Part shown: positions 1 to 16,868 of the stretch, in pieces
How the letters are laid out: each line of letters begins with the position of its first letter
Position numbering within the stretch: position 1 is the stretch's first letter
DNA from: the human T2T-CHM13v2.0 reference genome, Homo sapiens
NCBI RefSeq assembly: GCF_009914755.1
Contig: NC_060926.1
Strand: one strand, 5' to 3'
Length of the DNA stretch: 64,000 nucleotides
Notes under the pieces: generated by a model
What the model was told of the DNA's origin: nothing
The model's database searches: none
The model's input: the letters and a program-made list of their open reading frames with translations, nothing else
Position numbers and translations under genes: made by a program

Positions 1-415
1 AGTGTTACCTGCCCAGGGATATGGGCAAATTCCCTGCAGTTTAATAATTTGGAAAGAACAGAGACTCAGAATGGAGACTTTCTTGTCATCTGCTCAAACA
101 TTTTATCCTACACTTATACAAAATCACTCTCTACTTCAGGAAAGCAACAGAGAAAAAAAGGGGAACATTAGATAAAAGAAGAGTGAGAGTGCTCAAGATG
201 ATGGATTTAATGCGAACAACCATTCCTTTTTCTGGGGAGTGAGGAAAGGGGCAGTACAGTTCATCTTTCAGTATCATTGACTAGCTCCTATCAGACCAAC
301 CCTCCAGTAATTAACAACTATAAACTCTGAACATGGTACAAAAAAACAACCGAGAGCACTGGAGGGGGAGAAAAGCAGGGAAAAAAAATGAAGTGGAACG
401 TCATTTTGACTCCGC

Positions 416-480
416 GATCTCAAGTGATCCTCGGCCTACCAAAGTGCTGAGATTACAGGCGTGAGCCACCACACCCGGCC
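416..480 (-). mobile_element. Alu 5' fragment
   Basis: caaagtgctgagattacaggcgtgagccaccacacccggcc. Confidence 0.85.
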
Positions 481-930
481 AAAAAGAGAAAATCTTAACA
501 GCAGACAAAGAAAATAGCACGCTCTGCATACAAAGGAACGAGAATCAAACCACCGACTTCTCATCAGAAACACTGGAGGCCAGAGGACAATGTATGGCTA
601 AAATGCTGAAACAATTTTTTTAATTCAATGCAAAATTTTATCTTCAGCAAAAATATCCTTAAAAAATCAAGGTCAAATAAAGACATTTTCAGATAAGAGG
701 AAAAAATATCTCTTTAGGATGAAACTATTGTCTTTCAGATAAGAGAAAAGATTTCATAACCTACAGACCTGCACTGTCAAAAATGCTAAAAGGATTTCTT
801 TAGGTGGAAGGAAAATGAAACCAGATGAAAATCTAAATCTTTAGGAAATAATAAAGAGCATCAGAGTTACTAAATGTATGCAAATATATAAAAGATGACT
901 TTTCCTCTTTTTTAAAAAAAGTATATGACT
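481..930 (+). mobile_element. Old L1 (L1M) ORF1 remnant
   Basis: gacttctcatcagaaacactggaggccagagg...aaataaagacattttcagataa, typical L1 ORF1 C-terminal region. Confidence 0.75.
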
Positions 931-2045
931 ATTTTAAAGAACACATTGATCCTAATATTTAAAGTTGACTGATTTTTTTTTACTTTTTATCTAAATGTCA
1001 AGATTAGATCTTAAAAGGTCATCAAATATTTGCTGGCATAAAACTGACTTTTGAATAGAATGTGATTATTATTTCCTGAAGTTAAATATACATTTTCTAT
1101 CAACATTTACTTGTCATTCACTCTATTTGGATTTTTTTCCTTTGTAGAAATATGTGTTTAGAGTTGTAAGTTTAGCAGGCTTCTAGCCTAATAGGATTAT
1201 TCTCAGAACATCTCTTTTAAAAGGGGCAGATTTTCCTAATGGACTTCCATTTTGGGAGATTTCTGAGTTGCTAATCAATGAAGCAATAAGAAATGAACAC
1301 ACTGCTTCGTAGTCAGAATGCCCAGGTGCCAAGAAAATGTAAACTCTGCTATTTAAGTTAAAATAAAGATCAAAACATATTTAGATAAGGGTAAAATTCT
1401 TAGGGGAACACAACAAAATGTATCCCTTGCCAAAATTATAATGTAAAGTTCCTCCAAAATCATAATTTAAAAGTTTAATTTAAAATGCCTTCAAATGCTG
1501 GTGGGCAAAATTAAAGAAATTATACACTACTCCAAATCCAGAGAAAAGTATCTAAAAATGAAGTCAATAAAGTTATATTATATTGTTTCTTTTAGTAATT
1601 TCTAGAAGTAAACAAAAAAATGCATTTTCCCAATTTCTGCATTTGCCCGCTTGTTATTTTGAGCTAGATGCCCCATCAATGCACCAATGTCAACATATCA
1701 GCAATTAAACTCCGTATGTTTATCTCAAAACATTTTTCTCTCTGCACTGTGCACTCTATAGTATGACCATCTTCTTTGTCTCTGAAGTTCCAAACCTAAA
1801 AATTATCTTTGATTCCACCCTCACCCCTCATCAAAGGATTTACCTTACCCTGACTATTTTTTTCTTTGCAAAGTGTCTGTGAGCTTGCTTTTTCTTTCCC
1901 TCACCCCTTCCTCCAATCTAATGTAGGCTATAAAATATTTAACTTGGAGCCCCAAGAAGCTTAGATCCAAGGATAAGGAGTACAGAGGTAAAGAAGATTT
2001 GTCTGTGCCTTAATAATAACTGATGTGTATTGAACATTTAAATTA

Positions 2046-2406
<361 letters not shown>

Positions 2407-2409
2407 TTA

Positions 2410-2640
2410 AAATACAGATTTAAGGGGTACAGGTGCAGTTTGGTTACATGGATATATTGCGTGGTCATAAAGTGTGGGCTTTTAGCGTAAACATTACCTG
2501 CCTAGTGTACACTGTACCCATTAGAGAACTTCTTATCCCTCACCCCGCCTCCCACTTTTCCAAGTCTCCAATATCTATTTTTCCACTCTCTGTGTTCATG
2601 TGTACACACTTTTTAGCTCCCACTTACAAGCGAGAACATA
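2410..2640 (-). mobile_element. L1MA/PB 3'-end fragment inserted in a MIR
   Basis: ggggtacaggtgcagtttggttacatggata...ttagctcccacttacaagcgagaacat; MIR-like flanks at about 2355-2385 and 2640-2770. Confidence 0.75.
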
Positions 2641-3371
2641 CAGTGGGAAGACTAAGGTATAGAGAAATTAAGTACCTGTCCTAGGTAACACATATATGTA
2701 TAATAAGTGGGGTCTCAATAAAAACAGAGTCTGAGTCTACAGCTTAAGTCTTAACCAGTTCAATATTGCCTTCCAGAGCCAGGTACTACCTACTTCCAGG
2801 CCAGTAGGTAGTTTGATGGCATTACCATGCCTCTATTTCTTGCCAAGGCCTTTTCAAATCGATTAAGTTCAATGTTCAAAAACACGGCAGTTACAGAAAT
2901 GCGTTCCGTGAATCAATACCTGGTCTATTCTGGTATGCTGTCCTTCACCCACAGCTTTAGAGAAAAGATAAAAATGGAATCTACCTAGCTAGTTGGAGAT
3001 ATTTTCTAGTGCAAGGGCAAAAGCTATTTGGAACCCCAGTGGGATCTGCTTCTACTGGGTTGACCCGAATTATTTGTAGTTTCCCTGTCCTCAGTCCTCA
3101 AGGCCATTCCTTGCTCATAAAATGCAAAAACTTAAAAGCTCCTAGAGTTAAAAAAGGAATGGCCCTGCCTCTTAGGAGGGAAGATAAAAGAGCAGTTGCT
3201 GCTGAGAACACGAGCACCACCAACAGAAAGCTGATCCCCACTTGATCCTGAAGATGCAGGAAGGGTCAGAGAGGAGAGGGGACATGACGGGGCTGCCAAG
3301 GCTGCATCTGTGATAGAAAGATTTTGCTTTACCTTTTGGAATGAAACTATTTAGTATAAAATCTGTCCTCA

Positions 3372-3654
<283 letters not shown>

Positions 3655-4245
3655 TTACCTCTGCGTAAGTTCCAAGGTAGAGAAACACTGATGCCCCCTA
3701 AATCTGTTTACCCTTTCATTATAGATTGGGAAGAGGATCCCAGAGTCAGGGCTGGTACAGCCTGAAGAACAAGCAGGATTTGCTCAACATGGGAGCCCAG
3801 GAACCTCTCTTTGCACCATGGATTCTTCATCTCAGCAACCAACATCTGTGGGCAACTTCTCAGCCAGAGTCATGACTTAAGGAGCTGTACTCCTGTGTGA
3901 AATTGGCAGGATCTGAGCTCTTCTGCCTATCAAGATCCATGCTGGCTGGCACAAGCACAGAAATTCCTTTTAAAATTGAACATGTCAGCCAAATTAATCC
4001 CATTAAACTCTAAGTGACCTTCCACTGAGGAAAGCTCATTAAGAAGGATATTGCTGTGTTACTATTCCTACTCTACCATAGAAATTTTCTTAGGGAAATG
4101 AAGGTTTTTTTTAATGTCATAGAATATCAGAGGTAGAGGTAATCTTAAAGATCATAGTCGGCTGTGGAGCTCAGCCCATCCAATCATTTTATTTCACAAA
4201 TACTTGGCATTTGTGAAATAAAATTCACATCAGAATATGTGAATA

Positions 4246-4564
<319 letters not shown>

Positions 4565-4962
4565 TCAGAATATGTGAATTACCTAAGGATTTTTCCTTAG
4601 CTGAAACATAAAATACATGTACTATACTACATCCGTAATTTGATTTATGAAATGAAATAAAGCAACCAATACATTTTGATGTTTTCTTTTAGTCCCTTAA
4701 AATAAATCTCCATATAATCTAATTTAGTGCCTTGTTTAAGGATAACTTGAAATAGTTCTTCATGTAATTTTCTAATCTATGCTAATCCTATGTTGATTCC
4801 AATGTCTCTTCTGGCCTGATTGATCTCTGCAAACATAAAAATAAACCTTATTCTTATTCTTCAGTGTTTTTCTAAGCTCTAACCCATTTTTGACATTTTT
4901 CACAGGTTTGAGTCCACTGCCTCCTCCCCTATATCACTATGTAAATCTTGATTTTTTCTGTG

Positions 4963-5310
4963 TACAGTCCTTCCTCAGTATGGGAGGGGATTGGTTCCAG
5001 GACCCCCAAGGATACTAAAATCCATGGATGCTCAACTACCTTATATAAAAAATGTAGTATTTGCATATAACTTACACACATCCTCCCATACACTTTAAAT
5101 CATCTCTAGATTACTTATACTATGTAATGCAATGTAAATGCTATGCCTATAGTTGTCATACTATATTTTTCAATTTATATTATTATCACACTGTAATTTT
5201 TAATTTATATTATTTTTATTGTTGTATTGTTCTTTTAGTCTTAATATTTTCAGTCCATGATTAGTTGAATCTACAGTTGCAGAATCCACAGATATCCTGA
5301 GCCAAATGTG
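4963..5310. mobile_element. MER2-like Tigger/mariner non-autonomous DNA transposon
   Basis: tacagtccttcctcagtat..ggggattggttccaggaccccc..aaaatccatggatgctcaa..gtagtatttgcatataac. Confidence 0.8.
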
Positions 5311-5439
5311 CTAATCTCTAGGTTGAACTTTAACATGGTAGTAAGTTCTTGTACTTCAGATTTGGGGCTTCCAATGTCAATTAGAGTTTAGGAAAAAACA
5401 AGCAAAGTCCAACATGAGATTCACTATTACTATTACTGT

Positions 5440-5695
5440 TACTAACAACAACAATGGCTAATCTGTAGAGTATTTACTATGTGTAGGACAACTTCCTAAG
5501 TGGATTACCTTGTTTTATCATAGCGCCTGATTTTATCAAGAGGATGGTGATATTATAATCTCCTGTGGATCAGGAAACAGGCTCAGAGTTAGGTAGTTCG
5601 CCTACAGTCACACAACTAGGAATAGTAGAACCAAGACTTTAGTCGCAGCAGTCTGATATCAGAGCCCTTTCTCAACTACTATGCCATTCTGCCTA
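5440..5695 (-). mobile_element. MIR
   Basis: ggaaacaggctcagagttaggtagttcgcctacagtcacacaactag core. Confidence 0.7.
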
Positions 5696-5775
5696 TAAAC
5701 TTGTGATAGAGTACAGTAAGAGACTAGGCTGGAAAATAATTTTTGATCAGATTTATTAGGAAGCTTTGAATGTCA

Positions 5776-6156
<381 letters not shown>

Positions 6157-6497
6157 AATTTAAGTAAAAAAAGAGATAGGGAGGCACCTAACCCAGCCTG
6201 GGAGGAGGGAAGTCAAGAAAAAATTCACAGATGAGTTGCCCTCTCAGCTGATTTTTGAACAAAAAGTAGCAGTTAGCCAGTGAGTCAGAGGGGTGCTCCA
6301 ATCAGTGGGAAGAGCGTGTAGAAAAGAACAGAAATAACACAAAAGGGTGTGGTGTGTTTAGGTACCGCATAAGATTTAATAATCATAGTATGGATAGATA
6401 AATGAATGGTAGAATTAATTGGTGTATGAATGGTTGAATTTCCATGGAAATTGATACTAGAAGAAGATGAAAGTACAGAAAAATCTAAAAGTTGTTA

Positions 6498-6852
<355 letters not shown>

Positions 6853-6879
6853 GCTAAAAGGCCCTTCTTTTGGGACATT

Positions 6880-7500
6880 AAAAAACCATTTAACTGTCAC
6901 AGACCAGAGTAGACTAAAGATACTTGACAATTAAATGCGATTTGGCACCCTGGATTAGATCCCAGAACAGAAAGAGAACATTAATGGGAAAATTAAATCC
7001 AAATAAAGTCTTGAGAATAGTCCACAGTAATGTACCAATGTTGATTCTTAGTTTTGACAGATGTACCATGATAACATAAGATAGTCTCCTATAAACAATA
7101 GGAGAAACTGGCTGAAGCGTATATGAAAACTCTCTGTACTATCACTGCAACTTTTTTATAAAAATAAAAATAATTTCAAAATAAATGGAGACATGTTGGT
7201 CAAAGAGTACAAGTTTCAGTTATAAGATGAATAAAAGTTCTAGAGTACAGTATAACATGGCAAACATAGTTAATAATAAATATAATACTTGAAATTTATT
7301 AAGGGAGTAGATTTTAAGTGTTCTTACCACACATACACACAAATATTAATAACTATGCAAGGTGATGAATGTATTAATTAGTTTGATTGTGGGAATCATT
7401 ACATAATGTATACTTATATGAAAATGCCATGTTGTATAACTTAAATATACACAATTTCTAATTTGTAAGTCACATCTCAATAAAATTTTTTAAAAATAAA
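6880..7500 (+). mobile_element. L1M 3'-UTR fragments (L1MC/ME-like then L1MA-like)
   Basis: ccctggattagatcccagaacag..aactctctgtactatc; ggtcaaagagtacaagtttcagttataagatgaataa..gtagattttaagtgttcttaccac. Confidence 0.75.
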
Positions 7501-7832
7501 ACAAAAACTTTAAACTGAAAAATACTTCTAAACAGCTATTAGTTAAAAAGGAAATTTGCAACTGAGATAATTATGTTTTGTTATTATTGATAATGAAAAT
7601 TATACATTTTATGATAATTTATGATAATGAAAATTAATAATAATGAAAATGCTGCATTTCAGAATCTATGGGCTATATTTAAAGCTGTTATCAGAGGAAA
7701 ATTCATAGCCTCAAATGCTTTATCAATATAAAGGAAAGAATTTGCTTTAAAACTAAATTCCCAACTCATAAAAGCTAAACAATAACAGCAACAACAACAA
7801 CAAAGTAAACTAAAATATAGCACAAGTCAGTG

Positions 7833-7870
7833 GCTCCAGTGGTGCAACTGGTTAGCACACAGTACTTATA
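7833..7870 (+). pseudogene. tRNA-Ile(TAT) 5'-exon retrofragment
   Basis: gctccagtggtgcaactggttagcacacagtacttata vs GCTCCAGTGGCGCAATCGGTTAGCGCGCGGTACTTATA; differences almost all CpG decay; ends right after anticodon TAT+A and is followed by an A run. Confidence 0.85.
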
Positions 7871-7901
7871 AAAAAGTCAACCTAAATAATAGAGATTCTC
7901 C

Positions 7902-8620
<719 letters not shown>

Positions 8621-9121
8621 GGCATAAGTTTATTTGGGAGTGGGCATTTTAATGTGGAACACTGTGCCATAGTAAACTATGAACGTATTCACAGAGGTAA
8701 AGGAAGAGAAGGGTTTTTAAATCAAAAACACTTACATCTGTGTCTCTGAAACAATTATCCTTGGCTACAAGGATCGATAACAAGGGTAGTGTTGGTCCGA
8801 GGTGGGACAAGCAGTTGCTGGGAAGATGTTCTCACAAAAATATTTTCTGTGTAAGGTTCCAATGGCCTTCGTGCAAAGTGTGGTTTTTGCAGTCTTTTGT
8901 GAAAGTCTTCATATCAGGCACAAGAACCCTCCCTTCATGGCCTTCCCTGGCTCCATTTTGTCAGGGTCTGACATAAGTGGCTTGATTTTAATTCTAACTT
9001 CTTTCATAAAACTAACAAATATGAAAACAGAAATCGATGAGCGAGACAACAGAAAACAGTGGATCTAATTAGGAAAACAAAATATTGTTTGTTTCTAGTA
9101 TCAACAAAATAGACAAAGCAC

Positions 9122-9805
9122 TGAAACCACCTTTGCAAAATTATGACTGAGACAGTGAAAGAGAGCTAACCTCACCAACTCCACCTTGGTTCTAACTTTT
9201 AAGCTGTCCTTGTTCCTTCCTGGGTGTAGGCTGAACAAACTTTGGGAGGAACTTAGCTTATAGTTTAAAACAAAGACAATAACAGCCCTTTCCCAAAACA
9301 AACCTCCTTCTTGCCTGGAGACTAGACTGCCTTTGTAGGACTAACAAATTAGCCACAAGATTAGAAATTACGGTTTAGGCCTCATGCAGCTGGAGATTAC
9401 AAGATTCTGACCCCCGCAAACTGCTCCTAAGATCAGTGCTTGAGGTATCTTGCAGACCCTGCACTTGATGGATCAGCTGGCACCACCCAGATTGATTAAC
9501 TGGCTCATCTGATCTTGAGGCCCTAACACAGAAACTCACTCAGCACAAGTGGACAGCTTCAACTTCTCATGATTTCATCTCTCACCTGACCAATCAGCAT
9601 TCCCGGCTCACTGGCTTCCCCTGACCCACCAAGTTGTCCTTAAAAGCTCTGATCCCCAAATGCTCAGGGAGACTGATTTGAGTAATAATAAAACTCCAGT
9701 CTCCCACACAGCCGGCTCTGCGTGAATTACTCTTTCTCTATTGCAATTCCCCTGTCTTGATAAATTGGCTACCTGCAGGCAAGGTGAATCCGTTGGATGG
9801 TTACA
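9122..9805 (+). mobile_element. LTR8-family solo LTR
   Basis: tgaaaccacctttgcaaaattatgactgagacagtgaaagaga...ggttaca; TSD gcac. Confidence 0.88.
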
Positions 9806-10129
9806 GCACTAGCTAACCTAACTGAGGGGAAAAAAAAGCCAAGTACAAATACATAAAATTAATGACATAGCAGAAATAATAATTCAAATAGAAAAAATTT
9901 TTAATGAGACTACTTTTCAGACCTCTGTACAAATACCTTTGAAAAACTAGATGAAATGGAGAATTTTCTAGGAAAATATAGTTTACCAAAACTGACTGCT
10001 TTAGATACAGAATTCAAAAAGATGCTTTTCTGTAAAAGAAATAAAGTTATTGAGTTACATATATAAATTAAAACGTTAAAGACATAAAAAGAACAAAAGA
10101 GGAGACTTTAAAAAAATTTAAAGGATGGA

Positions 10130-10513
<384 letters not shown>

Positions 10514-10909
10514 TTACTCTCTTCTTCCATTTTCAGCCCTTCAGATAAGCTCATATTTTTCAAGCTGAACATTGGTTCACAAGATTTTTCTTTTGCAAAC
10601 TTTCCCGTATGACTCAATTCATATTAAAAGATCTTGCAGTAACTTTATCAATAATGTAATTTCAGTTTATTCTTCTTAACATCTAATCTCAAATGGTAAA
10701 TATACCTTTCATACACACTTATGAAAAATCTTATCCCTCCTTGAAATATTCATTTGTTAAAGGTAGGAAAAAATCAAATTCCAGACAAGAGATGTGGCAT
10801 TACATTCTATTTGAAATAGGTCTCTTCACAATTGGACTTAATAAGTGTCTTACAATTTGTCCTTGAATTAAAACTTCTCATTGATTATTCTGATCTCTCC
10901 CATCAGAAG

Positions 10910-11672
10910 TGTAACTGCCCAAGGGATCACCTTGCCTGCTGCCTACACAGAGCCCATTTATCAAGACAGGAGAATTGCAATAGAGAAAGAGTAATTGACG
11001 CAGAGCCAGCTGTGCGGGAGACTGGAGGGTTTTTTTGTTGGTGGTGGATTGTTTTGTTTTGTTTTTGTTTTTGTTTTTGTTTTTTTTTTTGGAGTTTTAT
11101 TATTACTCAAATCAGTCTCCCCAACATTTGGGAAGCAGGGTATTTAAGGACAACTTGATGGGTGGGGGAGCCCAGTGAGCCAGGAGTGCTGATTGGTCAG
11201 GTCAGCAATGAAATCACAGGGAGTCAAAGCTGTCTTCCTGTGCTGTGTCAGTTCCTGGGTGGGGGCCACAAGATCAGATGAGCCAGTTAATCAATCTGGG
11301 TGGTGCCAGCTGATCCATCAAGTGCAGGGTCTGCAAAATATCTCAAGCCCTGATCTTAGGAGCAGTTTAGTGGGGGTCAGAATCTTGTAGCCTCCAGTTG
11401 CATGACTCCTAAACCTTAATTTCTAATCTTGTGGCTAATTTGTCAGTCTTACAAAGGCAGTCTAGTCCCCAGGCAAGAAGGAGGTCTGCTTTGGGAAAGG
11501 GCTGTTATCATCTTTGTTTTAAACTATAAACTATAAACTGAGTCTGTCCCAAAGTTAGTTTAGCCTACACCCAGGAATGAACAAGAACAGCTTGGAGGTT
11601 AGAGGCAAGATGGAGTCAATTAAGTTAGATCTCTTTCACTGTCTCAGTCATAATTTTGCAAAGGTGGTTTCA
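10910..11672 (-). mobile_element. LTR8-family solo LTR (inverted)
   Basis: Reverse complement of the 9122-9805 element; TSD gaag; internal (TTTTG)n expansion. Confidence 0.88.
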
Positions 11673-11912
11673 GAAGCAGTTCTGCTTTTCATAGACCATA
11701 AATTGAGTGGGTAAAACAATAGCTTCTTTTGGTCATTTCCCTACTTTTGCCAAGATATCATCAGTGTGATTTTTTTCTTTTCTTTTTTTTACTCTCTGAA
11801 TTTCATCAGACTTCCAGTTAATTTTCTACGAAGCCCTACTGGAAAACATTGGCATAAATAATCAAAAATTGTAAACCAGTAGTATAGCTCATGATGGATT
11901 AAAGTTATTCTT

Positions 11913-12125
11913 AGCCTGGGCAACATACCAAAACTCCATCTCTACAAAAAATTAAGAAATTAGCAGGGCATGATGGTGCTCACCTATAGTCCTAGTTAAC
12001 CAGGAGGCTGAAGCTGAAGGATCCTTGAGCCAGGAGTTTGAGGCTGCAGTAAGCTGCAATGGTGCCACTGCACTCCAGCTGGGTGATAGAGCAAGATTCT
12101 GTCTCTAAAAAATAAAATAAAATGA
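11913..12125 (+). mobile_element. 5'-truncated AluJ-like
   Basis: agcctgggcaacata..gaggctgcagtaagctg. Confidence 0.85.
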
Positions 12126-12181
12126 AAAAGTCATTCTCATTTTAATAAGAATAACGAAGTGCTGAATGACTTTTTTCATCA

Positions 12182-12602
<421 letters not shown>

Positions 12603-13147
12603 TTAGTCATTCGAATTAATGTAAGGTGTGATATATGCCAGAAAGGCAAGGTAGAAGGCATGAAGAACTAATATTCCAGGGAAAGCTGGAACATCTTGCC
12701 AGGGTCAACTGAGGCTTCACTAAGGCAATGCCATTTCAGTTGGGAGCTGAAGATGGGCAGTTCCTAACCAGGCATGGAGTAGAAGCTAAGGCATGTTCCA
12801 GCAGGGAATGGGTCGTGTGCCGTTTCTGTAGTATCAGGAAGGTTGCTGTAACCAGGAGCCCTAAGAAGTGTTTCATAATAAACTTCACACAAATGGATTA
12901 GTAATTTTTGAAAGGCAAAATAGAAAAATGGGTCACAGCACTTAGCACAGAATCGGTACAAAATACAAACTCTGGCTTCTATTATGATCATTTTCCATTT
13001 CCACACACTGGCTCGCATCTCTCTCTGCAGAGCTGCAGTTCTGCCCAGCCATCATCCAAAGAGGTTTCCGAGGACAGCTCGCCTGTTCTCTCAGCCCCTA
13101 TGCATATTCCCAAAAATGTTCCATGACAGAGCAGAAGTGTTCCTTGA

Positions 13148-13508
<361 letters not shown>

Positions 13509-13539
13509 TAAGCAGGTACTGTACAGTCATCAACAGTGG

Positions 13540-13785
13540 CAGCCAACATTTGCTGAGTATGTGCCTTGCGCCAGGGATAACTTGCAGGGAGTGAGCTTTT
13601 TACAACAATTTCATGAGGCAGGTCTTTTTACTGCTGTCATTTTACTAATGAGAAGAGAGAGGAACAGAGAGGTCAAACAATTATTTTAGGTCAAATACCT
13701 AGCAAGTGGCAAAATTGGGCTATGAATCCAAGAAATCTGCTTCCAGAGTGTGAGAGCTTAATCACTGCTCCATAATTGCCTCTTT
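13540..13785 (-). mobile_element. MIR
   Basis: cattttactaatgagaagagagaggaacagagaggtcaaacaa..ggtcaaatacctagcaagtggc. Confidence 0.7.
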
Positions 13786-14062
13786 TAAGAAGGACAAAGC
13801 CCTCATTCACATGGAGGTCACAACTTACTTGGAAAGAAGCAAGAGATAGTGGAGATATAATAAACAAGTAAATAAATAAGATGGATAGTTTCAGTATGTG
13901 GTTAATTTTACAAACGAATTAAACAATGATATGATGCACAAGGACTGAGGGAGCCACAGAGACCGCTGCTTTAGAAAGGGTACCCAGAAATGCCTTCTCA
14001 GGGAAGGGACCTTAGGGCTGAGATCTAAGAGACAGAAAAGAAACAACTTCAGAAGAGGTAGA

Positions 14063-14365
14063 GCTAGGTGCGGTGGCTCACGCCTGTAATCCCAACACTT
14101 TGCGAGGCCCAGGTGGGTGGATTACCTGAGGTCAGGAGTTTGAGACCAGCCTGGTCAACATGGTGAAACCTCGGCTTTACTAAAAATACAAAAATTAGCT
14201 CAGTGTGGTGGCACACGCCTTAATCACAGCTACTTGGAGGCTGAGGCAGGAGAATTGCTTAACCCTGGAGGCGGAGGTTGCAGTGAGCTGAGATCACGCC
14301 ATTGCATGCCAGCCTGGGTGACAAGAGCAAGACTCCATCTCAAAGTAAATAAATAAATAAATAAA
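14063..14365 (+). mobile_element. Alu
   Basis: Full dimer. Confidence 0.93.
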
Positions 14366-14604
14366 TTATTTTAGCTTCTCATGGATTTCATAATACTTAT
14401 CTCTGAAAACATTTTGACTGTAAATTTAGGAATTAGGATGCAAGATCCCACATGTCCTCTAATCTAAAGTTGCATCGTTGGTCTGAAAATAGAGTTGAGC
14501 TTAGTGTTGACTACTTAGTATTGTTGCATGGACCAGTTGTTATGAAGACCAATAAATCATTGTTTTCTTATGTAAAATACAGATACATAATATTTTATAG
14601 GTAA

Positions 14605-14930
<326 letters not shown>

Positions 14931-14995
14931 TGCCTGAATAATTTTTTAAGAAGAATTTTATACGAACCTTCCTTTGCAGCATGCATACATCATAG

Positions 14996-15624
14996 TGAAG
15001 CGGTTTTGTTGTCTGTGGTAAATACCCGGGGTTTGTCCTGCCATGCCAGGAAAATTTAGGACACAGACACACATGAGGAGTTTAGGAGCAGAGGCTTAAT
15101 AGGCAGAAGAAAGAGAAAGGAGAACAGTTCTCTCTCCAGTGAGAGAGAAGTGCTGCGGAGAGAAAAGACTGGTCGGCAGCAGAGTTCACTGGATTTTATA
15201 GGCAGGCTTGAGAAGGCAGTGTCTGATTTACATAGGGCTCACAGATTGGTTCGATCAGGTGTGATGTTTACATGGCATGCGGAGAAGGCTGGTCACCACC
15301 CCCATCCTGCCTATCTTATTATGCAAATGGGCTTTCAACTTGGCTGGTGCCATCTTGTCTGCTCCTTACTGTACACGTGGCTGGCAAAGGGAAGGGAAGA
15401 TGAAGCTGCCATTTTGAACATGCCTAGTCCCAGATAGTGCTTTTCTACTGGGATTCATCCCTGCAATCTTCCAGCTTGCTTGTCTATGTCTGCAGCTTGA
15501 TTTTACAAGCTGTTGTTTGTTAGAAAATGATTTGGGGCTGCTTTTCATTAAAAAGGAAAATCTTATCGAGGACTCCAGTACCCTCACTATCTGCCTAAGT
15601 AATTTCTTCTTAACTCCTATATCA
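14996..15624 (-). mobile_element. LTR9-like ERV1 solo LTR
   Basis: Minus strand starts TGATATAGGAGTTAAGAAGAAATTACTTAGGCAGATAGTGAGGG; TSD atag. Confidence 0.82.
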
Positions 15625-15699
15625 ATAGAAGTCAAGAGTAAAATAAGAGAGACTAGAGTGACTGCTGTCCACCCAGTGAGAAAGGAGCATGGTTTATTC

Positions 15700-16070
15700 T
15701 AGGGTATTCACAGTGGAAATAGAGAGAAAGAAACAGAGAAAGAATTTGTCTTAATACCAAATTGTATCTCATGGGGGATGAAAAGAACAGAGGATTCAAG
15801 GATGACGCCTAGACTTTTTGGCTTAGATAACTGTAAACGGTAGTCCCTCCTAAGGGAGACAAGGGAGGAGCATGCTTGAGGTGAAAGTCATGAGTTTGAG
15901 TTCGAATGTGAAGTTTGAAATACCTACCAGAACTTCACATAAAAGTGTAAAGCACAAAGTTATATATGTGAAGAAGGAGAAGGACTAGAGATAGAAATCT
16001 AATTAAGAGTCATGGACGTAGATCGTGTATAAAGCTGTGGAGATCGCCTAAGAGACGGAAAAGGGAAGAG
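15700..16070 (-). mobile_element. L2 remnant
   Basis: tcaaggatgacgcctagactttttggctt..tgagtttgagttcgaatgtgaagtttgaaatacct. Confidence 0.65.
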
Positions 16071-16779
16071 GGCTCAGGCTGCAGTTGCTAGACTTCTCTG
16101 GCTAATTCACCATGCCTCTGTGCATCTCAGATTCCCTGTCAGTTCACTGCAGGCAAAGCAATAAGGATACATCCTGTCTCAGGCTGGAAGGATGTAGGAC
16201 TCATACTCTTCCTTTTGCTTCATTCTTGTTTCCCTGCATTTCTGGCAGGTAAGGAGATATTTTTATTCTTTTCCCTAACAGATTCTCAAAAAAGATCAAA
16301 TGATTGCTGAGGGCTTCCTGGAGCAAAAGAGACAATCATTCTTAGCTCACAGTTCAACTTTCCTTCCATTGAATCCCACACATGTACCCCTGCAGATAAA
16401 GCTTCAGAAAGGGCCTTATTCATTTTCCTTTCACAATGTTCATGATAGTAGGGCCAGCAATGTTACTAACCTCTTTATGTAAACCCAATAAATTTGATTT
16501 GACATTTGAGCATGGAGAAGTAAATAGGCACAAAACCTTATCTACCAGTCACATAATCGTATCTGAAAATTCAGTTTCAACACCAAGATTTAAGAGAACC
16601 CAGCAGATCTTTTCGTCAATGAATCCACAAGTATTTACCGGGTGCCCTTGGGGTGCCTGGTACTGGATGCAGCTGCTTTTGTGAGCAAGCCAGCAGGTTC
16701 TCTGCCATGAAAATAGAAATTTAATCACTTGTCCATCCAAGCATTTCCCTTCAGCTTTTCCAGGATGCTTTTTTGTGAA

Positions 16780-16868
16780 TGACTAACAGAATAGCTGCTG
16801 CAAAGACAGCCTGCAAATTCCAGCCGGAGGCCCTGGGAGGAAAGATGACTCACCCACGCCTGACGTCA
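16780..16868. promoter_or_regulatory. Candidate AP-1/CRE enhancer core
   Basis: TGACTAA 16780-16786, TGACTCA 16846-16852 and TGACGTCA 16861-16868 in non-repeat sequence. Confidence 0.4.

Noticed and set aside
2786-2812. 10-bp inverted repeat actacctact/agtaggtagt (similar short hairpins near 54270-54302 and 56940-56973)
   Set aside because: Too short to distinguish from chance and without pre-miRNA-length stems.
7833-7880. tRNA fragment as a functional tRNA or as the primer-binding site of the adjacent LTR
   Set aside because: There is no 3' half or B box, and a PBS would match the tRNA 3' end (CCA), not the 5' exon.
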